NCBI GenBank assembly: GCA_045604505.1
Contig: JAZUOE010000088.1
Location: 1 to 33,651, forward strand
Reading direction: 5' to 3'
Length of the DNA stretch: 33,651 nt
Source of the DNA: Ruminiclostridium sp.
GTDB taxonomy: Bacteria > Bacillota > Clostridia > Oscillospirales > Ruminococcaceae
Position numbers and translations under genes: made by a program
Notes under the pieces: generated by a model
Seen by the model: the letters and a program-made list of their open reading frames with translations, nothing else
What the model was told of the DNA's origin: nothing
Database searches by the model: none
Part shown: piece after piece, positions 26,943 through 33,651 of the stretch
Numbering within the stretch: the stretch's first letter is position 1
Layout of the letters: each line of letters starts with the position of its first letter

Positions 26943-26983
26943 CCTTTCACTTAATAAGACGTATATACTGCGTATTTTATTGG
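26943..26983 (-). promoter_or_regulatory. Putative ECF promoter of sigma 5
   Basis: Minus strand CCAAT-N17-CGTCTTATTAAGTGAAAGG. Confidence 0.6.
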
Positions 26984-27008
26984 CGGTTTTCTCAAATTTT
27001 TCATTTTC

Positions 27009-27037
27009 TTGACATTCAACTTTTTCTGCTATATAAT
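27009..27037 (+). promoter_or_regulatory. Consensus SigA promoter of barnase-barstar
   Basis: Perfect TTGACA-N17-TATAAT. Confidence 0.85.
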
Positions 27038-27073
27038 ATATTACAACAATTTAAATGCAAAGGAAAGAATTTT

Positions 27074-27748
27074 ATGAAAAAAATATTAAGTCTGCTTTTA
27101 TCTGCAGTAATGCTGTTTTCCCTGAGCGGTTGTTTTTATGGCAATTATGAGCTTGACGAAGAAGTAATCGAAGACATTGTTTCAGAATTTGACGAGTATC
27201 TTGATGAGGAATACCCTGAAGAATCCTCAACCGAAACAGAACAGGAAGAAGTGACTGAAGATACCGCCCTACCAACTGAAACAACAGAAATAACCACAGA
27301 AGAAACAACAACCTCTGTTCCTGAAACAACCGAAACAACCACAACCACTGAAGAGCCTCAAGAAACAGCAAACTCCCCTCCTGTTGAAGAAGAACCACAG
27401 ATTGATGAATATGGCACCTATACAACAAAGGAAGATGTTGCTCTTTACATTTATACATACGGAAAACTGCCTCAGAATTTCATCACTAAAAAAGAGGCAC
27501 AGGCTTTAGGTTGGGAAGGCGGTTCTCTTGAACCTTACGCACCCGGAATGTGCATAGGCGGAAGTCATTTTGGAAATTACGAAGGATTGCTCCCTGAAAA
27601 GAAGGGCAGAAAATATACCGAATGCGACATTGATACATTAGGTGCGTCTAAACGTGGCGCAAAGCGTATCGTGTTCTCTAACGACGGATTAATTTACTAC
27701 ACCGAAGACCATTATGAAAGCTTCGAACTGCTTTACGGGGAGGAATAA
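27074..27748 (+). CDS. Barnase-family ribonuclease lipoprotein
   Basis: Lipobox LSGC, Thr/Glu-rich linker, then LPQNFITKKEAQALGW, IGG..F.N.EG.LP, ECDI, RGAKRIVFSNDGLIYYTEDHY; catalytic K/E/R/R/H present. Confidence 0.93.
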   Translation: MKKILSLLLSAVMLFSLSGCFYGNYELDEEVIEDIVSEFDEYLDEEYPEESSTETEQEEVTEDTALPTETTEITTEETTTSVPETTETTTTTEEPQETANSPPVEEEPQIDEYGTYTTKEDVALYIYTYGKLPQNFITKKEAQALGWEGGSLEPYAPGMCIGGSHFGNYEGLLPEKKGRKYTECDIDTLGASKRGAKRIVFSNDGLIYYTEDHYESFELLYGEE

Positions 27749-27749
27749 A

Positions 27750-28040
27750 ATGAAAAAAATAACCATTGATTGCCTGGAAATCTCCGACAAGGAAGAACTT
27801 CATAACACTCTTGCAAAAGAGCTGAAATTTCCCGATTGGTATGGTGAAAACCTTGACGCACTATATGATTGTTTGACAAGTATTTTTGAAGAAACAACCA
27901 TAATAATCGAAAACTTTTCATCACTTGAAAAAAGGCTTGAAAGTTATGCGTCTGCATTTATGAAAGTGATGAAAAAAGCAGATGAAGATAACGAAAAAAT
28001 AACTGTAGTTTTTCATAAAAAAAAAGACTCACTGTTATAA
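27750..28040 (+). CDS. Barstar-family ribonuclease inhibitor
   Basis: LKFPDWYGENLDALYDCL signature; ATG 1 nt after the barnase stop, with GGGGAGG RBS. Confidence 0.93.
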   Translation: MKKITIDCLEISDKEELHNTLAKELKFPDWYGENLDALYDCLTSIFEETTIIIENFSSLEKRLESYASAFMKVMKKADEDNEKITVVFHKKKDSLL

Positions 28041-28570
28041 AAAATATTCTTGGAATAATTGCTGCAGCAGACCTTCTGCTTATAATTATTCTGCCCTTTT
28101 TTGAATGCCTTTTCAAGGTAAGGTTCTTTTATCTTTTTGAGGACAGCTACCTGATTACCCTTGTATTAATTGAATTTATTCTGATTGCTGTTATACTTTT
28201 TCTCAATAAAAAGATATTGTTCGGCATTCTTGTTTCGCTTAGCTGTTTTAGCGTGTTGGGTATGTATTCTTTTATAAGCCACTCTGAAACAACTTCTTTT
28301 ACAGTATCTCTTGACAGCGGTGAGCAGACTTACTATGCTGTATGCAGAAATCCTATGATGTCCATTGAATTGGACAGTTTTATTATTTACAAACCTGTAG
28401 TCGGCGGAATAATCGGTAACGACATTTACTGCAGTCATATTCAAAAAACACCTAACCCGCTTTCGGGACGCATCAGCGCTTATGCTGACGGAAATAAGGT
28501 TTGTGTATACAAAGACGGAAATCTTATTGGCGGTTACGATTCAGACGAATATACATTTATAGCTGAATAG
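28019..28570 (+). CDS. Start-less 3-TM membrane protein ORF (-1 frame relative to barstar)
   Basis: The frame is open from 28019 (KKRLTVIKNILGIIAAADLLLIIILPFF...). No ATG/GTG/TTG occurs until 28217, after two TM segments. A terminator follows. Confidence 0.6.
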   Translation, partial: KKRLTVIKNILGIIAAADLLLIIILPFFECLFKVRFFYLFEDSYLITLVLIEFILIAVILFLNKKILFGILVSLSCFSVLGMYSFISHSETTSFTVSLDSGEQTYYAVCRNPMMSIELDSFIIYKPVVGGIIGNDIYCSHIQKTPNPLSGRISAYADGNKVCVYKDGNLIGGYDSDEYTFIAE

Positions 28571-28573
28571 AAT

Positions 28574-28602
28574 AAAGGCACCGAGTTTTCGGCGCCTTTT
28601 TT
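28574..28602 (+). terminator. Intrinsic terminator
   Basis: AAAGGCACCGA...TCGGCGCCTTTTTT. Confidence 0.75.
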
Positions 28603-28621
28603 AATTTTTAAAATTTCAAAT

Positions 28622-28675
28622 TTAACATTTCCTTAACATTTCAAAAACATCTTACAAATATCATGATTATATAAT
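28622..28675 (+). promoter_or_regulatory. 11-bp-period direct repeats and -10 element
   Basis: TTAACAT (28622), TTAACAT (28633), AAAACAT (28644); TATAAT at 28670. Confidence 0.6.
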
Positions 28676-28720
28676 TAAGCCGTAATCAAAAATCAACAAC
28701 ACAATTACGGAGGTATAATT

Positions 28721-29098
28721 ATGAACAAGAATGACCAGAACTTTATTGTACAGGAAATACGCGCACAGTATATGGAAAAGGACAATTCTCAGAAGGACCT
28801 TGACCTGCTGCGTGAGCTTGACGCTGAGGTAAAACACCCCGCAAACCTTTTCGGCTATATTTTCGGCAGTATAGGAGCAATCGTCATGGGTGCAGGAATG
28901 AGTCTTGTAATGACAGATATCGGAGCTACATTAGGAATTTCCGACCCTATGATACCCGGTATCGTTATAGGTGTATTAGGTATGTTAATGGCAATCATCA
29001 ACTACCCCATTTATAAAAGCATTCTTGCATCACGTAAAAGTAAATACGCAGACCGCATTTTAAAGCTCAGCGAAAAAATAATGAATGAGGAGAAATAA
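28721..29098 (+). CDS. Conserved-looking two-TM membrane protein of unknown function
   Basis: GGAGGT RBS; two hydrophobic helices (GAIVMGAGMSLVM; GIVIGVLGMLMAIINYP). Confidence 0.75.
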   Translation: MNKNDQNFIVQEIRAQYMEKDNSQKDLDLLRELDAEVKHPANLFGYIFGSIGAIVMGAGMSLVMTDIGATLGISDPMIPGIVIGVLGMLMAIINYPIYKSILASRKSKYADRILKLSEKIMNEEK

Positions 29099-29100
29099 TT

Positions 29101-29334
29101 ATGTCAAAGATTGTTGAAATAAATGAAAAAATCGAAAAAGCAGTTATTGGAGGCTACAAGAAGATTGAAGTTGGTGTGGTTTCGGGATATAAGAAAATCG
29201 AAAACGGTGTTGTAAAGGGTTTTGAAAAAATTATGGATAAGTCTATTGAAAAGCTTTTTACACACGAAGGAGAAACAGTTGAGGACGCAAAAAAGCGTTT
29301 AATCGAAAACAGTAAGGTGGCTGTCAATAAATAA
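29101..29334 (+). CDS. Small protein with 11-residue repeats
   Basis: GAGGAG RBS; KIEKAVIGGYK / KIEVGVVSGYK / KIENGVVKGFE. Confidence 0.75.
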   Translation: MSKIVEINEKIEKAVIGGYKKIEVGVVSGYKKIENGVVKGFEKIMDKSIEKLFTHEGETVEDAKKRLIENSKVAVNK

Positions 29335-29341
29335 CAATGAA

Positions 29342-29371
29342 AAAGTGCTGTACGTAGTTGTACAGCACTTT
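29342..29371. terminator. Bidirectional terminator
   Basis: AAAGTGCTGTAC / GTACAGCACTTT. Confidence 0.8.
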
Positions 29372-29374
29372 CGT

Positions 29375-29830
29375 TTATTTATAAGGATTATTCTTTATAT
29401 ATTCATCAAGAACTTCTGACGCGTCCTCTACCATTTTTACACAGGGGCGTGTTTTGTAATATTCAGCAGTTCTTTCAGCAGGAATAAAGCTTTTATCTTC
29501 AGCAATCTTGCCTAAAATATCACGGCATATAATAGAACCGTTACGTTCCTTGAATGCAGTGGCAAGGTCCTGAATACGTTTGTAATGCTCCATTTTTTCC
29601 TGCCCTGCCTTAGGGTCTGTGTAACCGTAAAGAATACCGGCTGTCATGAACATTCCACTGACAGCACCGCAAACCTCACGTAATCTGCCCATTCCCCCGC
29701 CGAAAGAAGAGGAAATAAGCAGCGCTGTCTTTTCGTCCATTCCTGTAAGGTCACTGAATGCTAAAAATACTGCCTGTGAACAGTTATATCCTTCTAAAAA
29801 ATAATCTCTTGCCTTTTCTGCATGGGTCAT
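29375..29830 (-). CDS. C_GCAxxG_C_C family putative redox protein
   Basis: GYNCSQAV, FGGGMG, VCGAVSG, SIICRDI, RPC. Confidence 0.9.
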   Translation of the reverse strand: MTHAEKARDYFLEGYNCSQAVFLAFSDLTGMDEKTALLISSSFGGGMGRLREVCGAVSGMFMTAGILYGYTDPKAGQEKMEHYKRIQDLATAFKERNGSIICRDILGKIAEDKSFIPAERTAEYYKTRPCVKMVEDASEVLDEYIKNNPYK

Positions 29831-30648
29831 TTCTTAAAAATCTCCTCTGCAAGATTTTCGAGAGCAGTTGTATCTGCGCTTTCAATATCGCCCTTATCAC
29901 CGTAAGCCGCAAATGAAGGGTCAATAGGCAGCTTTGCAATATTTTTAATGCCATGTTTTGCTGCAATTTCTTCAATATGGCTTTCACCGTATATATAGTG
30001 CTTTTTATCGCAGTTATCACAAACGAAATAGCTCATATTTTCAACAATACCAAGCACAGGAATGTTCATCATACCTGCCATTTTCACTGCCTTTTCCACA
30101 ATCATTGAAACAAGCTCCTGTGGGCTGGTAACAACGATAATTCCGCTGACAGGAATTGACTGGAAAACTGTCAATGGTACATCGCCGGTTCCGGGAGGCA
30201 TATCAACAAACATAAAATCAATATCATTCCATACAACATCTGTCCAGAACTGCTTTACAACTCCCGCAATAACAGGACCTCTCCATACAACAGGGTCAGT
30301 ATCATTTTCAAGGAGCAGGTTTACAGACATAATTTCCACGCCGTTTTTGGATTTTAACGGAATCATGTTCTGTCCGTCGCTCATTACCTTTCCGCTAACG
30401 CCGAAGACCTTAGGGATTGAGGGTCCTGTAACGTCTGCGTCAAGAACGGCTGTCTTATTACCTTTCTTAGCTGAGATTGATGCTAAAAGAGAGGTAACAA
30501 GGGATTTACCTACGCCGCCCTTACCTGATACGACAGCAATTACCTTCTTTACATCAGAAAGCTCATTCATAGGAGCGAGAAGGCTTTCTGCCTTACGTTC
30601 AGAACAGTTTGAGCTGCAGGTTGAACAATTGTGTGTGCATTCACTCAT
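29827..30648 (-). CDS. mrp: Mrp/NBP35 (ApbC) Fe-S cluster carrier ATPase
   Basis: N-terminal Cys cluster (CTHNCSTCSSNC), SGKGGVGKS, DADVTGPSIP, WRGP, DMPPGTGD, VENMS..C..C. Start is 30648 or 30660. Confidence 0.93.
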   Translation of the reverse strand: MSECTHNCSTCSSNCSERKAESLLAPMNELSDVKKVIAVVSGKGGVGKSLVTSLLASISAKKGNKTAVLDADVTGPSIPKVFGVSGKVMSDGQNMIPLKSKNGVEIMSVNLLLENDTDPVVWRGPVIAGVVKQFWTDVVWNDIDFMFVDMPPGTGDVPLTVFQSIPVSGIIVVTSPQELVSMIVEKAVKMAGMMNIPVLGIVENMSYFVCDNCDKKHYIYGESHIEEIAAKHGIKNIAKLPIDPSFAAYGDKGDIESADTTALENLAEEIFKK

Positions 30649-30689
30649 ATTATTTACCATTCCTTTTTTAAATTTTTACATTAATGCTT

Positions 30690-30764
30690 ATTATACTCCC
30701 CAAAACAAGAAAAGTCAAGTAAAGTATTTTTCGGGTTGATATTTTACGCATTTTGTGTTATTAT
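30690..30764. promoter_or_regulatory. Divergent SigA promoters for mrp and pepD
   Basis: Minus strand TTGACT-N17-TATAAT (30718-30690); plus strand TTGATA-N17-TATTAT with TG (30736-30764). Confidence 0.7.
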
Positions 30765-30797
30765 ATTTATAATATATTTTGTGAAAGGAAAAGAAAA

Positions 30798-32252
30798 ATG
30801 CTCGAAAATCTTAACCCTAAAAAAGTATTTCACTATTTTGAGGAGATTGCCGCTATTCCTCACGGTTCAGGAAATATCAGCGCTATCGCCGATTACTGTA
30901 TGAAATTTGCAGAAAATCACGGTTTAAAGGCTGTACGTGAAGAATGTGACAACGTAATTATTTACGCCGACGGAACACCGGGCTATGAAAACAGTGAACC
31001 TGTAATTTTACAGGGACATCTGGACATGGTGTGCGAAAAAACAAGCGATTGTACTAAAGATATGACAAAAGACCCTATCACCCTTAACACCGACGGCGAA
31101 TGGGTATGGGCTGAGGGTACAACCTTAGGCGGTGACGACGGAATTGCTATAGCATATATTCTTGCCCTTCTCGATTCCGATGACATTCCTCACCCGCCTA
31201 TTGAGGCACTTCTTACTGTTGATGAAGAAACAGGCATGACCGGTGCAGAATGCCTTGACGGTTCTCATTTAAAAGGCAAAAAGCTCATTAATATCGACTC
31301 CGAAGAAGAGGGCTTTATCACTGTCAGCTGCGCAGGTGGTGTAAGAGCAATCTGCGAATATCCTTTGGAATTTACAGCAACAGAAAATGATATGTGCGCG
31401 TTGGAAATTTCAGTCGATAAGCTGCTTGGCGGACATTCAGGCGTTGAAATAAATAAGCGCCGTTTAAACGGTCATAAGGTTCTTGCCTCTGTACTGGATT
31501 ATACAATTTCACAGGTTGACTTTTCTCTCTGCAGTTTAAAGGGCGGTAATAAAACAAATGTTATTCCTAAATCCGCAACGGCAGTGATTGTTACAAAAGC
31601 CGAAAATAAAGAAAAGCTGATGAAGGCTGCCTCTGAATATTTTGCCGACATTTTCTATAATGAATATGGCAGCTTTGAGGCAGACGCTGAATTAGTTGTT
31701 TGCGATTTTGACGAAAAAATGCCTGAAAAGTGCATGACCGCCGATTGCACACGCAAAATTATTTTCGCACTTATGAATTCACCTGACGGTATAGTTACCG
31801 TTATGAAAAATGACCCTGATATGGTAAAAACTTCACTTAATATGGGCGAATTATATATTGATAATAATTTGCTTAAATTGGGGTATCTTATACGCAGTAA
31901 CAGTTTAAGCGGAAAAAAGGCTGTTGTACAGAAATTGCGCTCATTTACAGAATATCTTGGCGGTTCTGCTGTTTTTGATTCAGATTACCCTTCATGGGAA
32001 TACCGTGAAAACTCTCCTCTTCGTGATACAATGGTAAGAATTTTCAAGGAAATGTATGGAAAGGAACCCATTATAAATTCTATCCATGCAGGTCTTGAAT
32101 GCGGACTTTTATCTGAAAAAATCAAGGACGCTGACATGGTTTCTATCGGACCTGACCTTGAAAATGTTCATACTCCCTATGAGCGTATGAATGTTGCGTC
32201 TGTTGAGCGCACCTGGAACTACCTTCTTTCCGTACTGAAAAGTCTGAAATAA
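30798..32252 (+). CDS. pepD: Aminoacyl-histidine dipeptidase (M20)
   Basis: IPHGS, LQGHLDMV, TTLGGDDG, DEETGM, NIDSEE, GGHSG, HAGLECG. Start moved to MLENL after the GAAAGGA RBS. Confidence 0.93.
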   Translation: MLENLNPKKVFHYFEEIAAIPHGSGNISAIADYCMKFAENHGLKAVREECDNVIIYADGTPGYENSEPVILQGHLDMVCEKTSDCTKDMTKDPITLNTDGEWVWAEGTTLGGDDGIAIAYILALLDSDDIPHPPIEALLTVDEETGMTGAECLDGSHLKGKKLINIDSEEEGFITVSCAGGVRAICEYPLEFTATENDMCALEISVDKLLGGHSGVEINKRRLNGHKVLASVLDYTISQVDFSLCSLKGGNKTNVIPKSATAVIVTKAENKEKLMKAASEYFADIFYNEYGSFEADAELVVCDFDEKMPEKCMTADCTRKIIFALMNSPDGIVTVMKNDPDMVKTSLNMGELYIDNNLLKLGYLIRSNSLSGKKAVVQKLRSFTEYLGGSAVFDSDYPSWEYRENSPLRDTMVRIFKEMYGKEPIINSIHAGLECGLLSEKIKDADMVSIGPDLENVHTPYERMNVASVERTWNYLLSVLKSLK

Positions 32253-32313
32253 TTTACCCTGCTCCGCTGTTACACTGGTACAGGGTACCGATGTATTCGG
32301 TGGAAGGAATAGT

Positions 32314-33489
32314 ATGATAAAAGATGGTTTTATGTATGTGGCGGTACTTATTTTTACCGCCGCATTACTTATCTGCCTACCAAAAATTTTCAAAGGTGAA
32401 AAGGCTGAAAAATTTTTCAGCTTTGCGCCCCCTGTTGTGCTGATTTATCTTGGACTTATGCTTATGTGTACCCTGAGAGTGTGGAATCTTGAAACAACCG
32501 CTGACGCTTACAGCTCCCTTAAAAACCCACTGCTTTTTGCAATGCTTTTTATAATGCTTTTAAGATGTGATTTAAGAAAAATCATAAAGCTGGGACCTAA
32601 AATGCTGATAGGTTTCTTCTCTGCCACAATTTCAATATCTATCGGTTTTTTTATTTCGTATGCCATTCTCCATAATTATCTTGGCAGCGAGGCATGGAAA
32701 TCCTTAGGTGCCCTCTGCGGTAGCTGGATGGGCGGTGCGGGAAATATGATGGGTATACAGGCAGCTCTCGATGTCAGTGAAAGTGATATGGCGTATGCTC
32801 TTGTAACTGACTCAATCTGCGGTACACTATATATAATGTTCCTTTTATGGATTATCGGCTTTTCAAAGCAATTCAACAAATGGACAAATGCTGATACAAG
32901 GGCAATTGATGAAGTTGGCTCACTTCTTGCCGCAGAAACAAAGGGTGATACCCGCCCCGTAACTTGGCAGAATATTGCAATTCTGATTGGCTCAGGTCTG
33001 TTGGTGTCTGCTGTATCGCAAAAAGTAGGTACTGCCATAAATAGTGTTGCTCCATTCTTTGATAAAACAACCTGGACTGTGCTTATCGTTACCGCACTTG
33101 GGGTTGTTTTAGCACTTACCCCTTTCGGTAAAATAAAAGGAACAGAAGAAATTTCAAATGTTCTGCTGTATTTTGTTATTGCGTTAATTGCCTCAAGGGC
33201 GGATTTAAGTCACATTGGCGACGCACCTGTATGGCTGTTGGCAGGATTTATCGTAATGCTGTTTCATATTATAATTATGCTAGTTTTGGCAAAGGTGCTT
33301 AAAATGGACATCTTCACCTGCGCAGTAGCCTCTTTGGCGAATATCGGCGGTACAGCAACTGCCCCTGTCCTTGCAGGAGCCTACAGCAGTGCCCTTGTAC
33401 CTGTCGGCATTGTCATGGCACTTTTAGGCTATGTAATCGGCACAGGCGGAGGGCTTATAACTTCTCAGTTGATGAGCATTTTCGGATAA
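32314..33489 (+). CDS. DUF819-family polytopic membrane protein
   Basis: Many TM segments; GSWMGGAGNM, ASLANIGGTATAPVLA, LLGYVIGT. Confidence 0.85.
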   Translation: MIKDGFMYVAVLIFTAALLICLPKIFKGEKAEKFFSFAPPVVLIYLGLMLMCTLRVWNLETTADAYSSLKNPLLFAMLFIMLLRCDLRKIIKLGPKMLIGFFSATISISIGFFISYAILHNYLGSEAWKSLGALCGSWMGGAGNMMGIQAALDVSESDMAYALVTDSICGTLYIMFLLWIIGFSKQFNKWTNADTRAIDEVGSLLAAETKGDTRPVTWQNIAILIGSGLLVSAVSQKVGTAINSVAPFFDKTTWTVLIVTALGVVLALTPFGKIKGTEEISNVLLYFVIALIASRADLSHIGDAPVWLLAGFIVMLFHIIIMLVLAKVLKMDIFTCAVASLANIGGTATAPVLAGAYSSALVPVGIVMALLGYVIGTGGGLITSQLMSIFG

Positions 33490-33494
33490 ATTTT

Positions 33495-33527
33495 AGCGGA
33501 ATTTCTGTAATAGGAATTCCGCTTTTT
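33495..33527 (+). terminator. Intrinsic terminator
   Basis: AGCGGAATT...AATTCCGCTTTTT. Confidence 0.8.
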
Positions 33528-33583
33528 GTTGCAATTATTAAATTGATATGATATAATTAAAGCAAATTTCCGGGAGGTGCAAT

Positions 33584-33651
33584 ATGGCAACAAGTAAGGA
33601 ATATCTCAGCTTTATCATGGAACAACTGTCATGCCTTGATGAAATTACATA
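33584..33651 (+). CDS. Start of a TfoX/Sxy N-terminal-domain-like protein (truncated by the window edge)
   Basis: GGGAGGT RBS; MATSKEYLSFIMEQLSCLDEIT; upstream TTGCAA-N17-TATAAT. Only 22 codons visible. Confidence 0.6.
   Translation, partial: MATSKEYLSFIMEQLSCLDEIT

Noticed and set aside
27220-27400. GAAACAAC-like short repeats, considered as a CRISPR or VNTR
   Set aside because: Irregular and without spacers; they encode the Thr/Glu linker of the ribonuclease.
10984-28570. Mobile element or prophage explanation for the accessory region
   Set aside because: No integrase, transposase, phage gene, tRNA site or flanking direct repeat seen.
30062-30739. 225-aa plus-strand ORF
   Set aside because: Antisense shadow of mrp; no recognisable motifs.
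32255-32288. Hairpin TACCCTG...CAGGGTA between pepD and DUF819
   Set aside because: Short stem, large loop and no U tract; too weak to call a terminator or riboswitch.

Overview
Low-GC chromosomal window from a Clostridia-type firmicute; the gene content suggests a gut Oscillospiraceae/Ruminococcus-like organism (inference). I saw no rRNA, tRNA, CRISPR array or transposase/integrase. Gene order: partial D-lactate dehydrogenase; a hypothetical gene; a five-gene NRPS-like fatty-acid-amide operon (hydrolase, stand-alone condensation domain, carrier protein, acyl-adenylating enzyme, SCP2); perR-rubrerythrin with a perfect Per box; a response regulator-ABC-permease-kinase module; then about 16 kb with FIVE overlapping ECF sigma / membrane partner (putative anti-sigma) pairs, interleaved with sfsA, a choloylglycine hydrolase and a lipoprotein GH5; a lipoprotein barnase with barstar; small membrane genes; C_GCAxxG_C_C and Mrp/ApbC; pepD; DUF819; the start of a TfoX-like gene. 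Most notable: (1) all five ECF genes are preceded by a promoter-like element with a shared -10/leader (nGTyntat..aagTGAagg) and pair-specific -35 pentamers at 16-17 bp spacing; (2) the partners are modular mosaics, and one has inverted topology with an alpha-lytic-protease-prodomain-like ectodomain; (3) an A9 tract at the end of barstar would fuse it to a start-less 3-TM ORF after a -1 shift. All family calls are from motif recognition by eye, not database searches.
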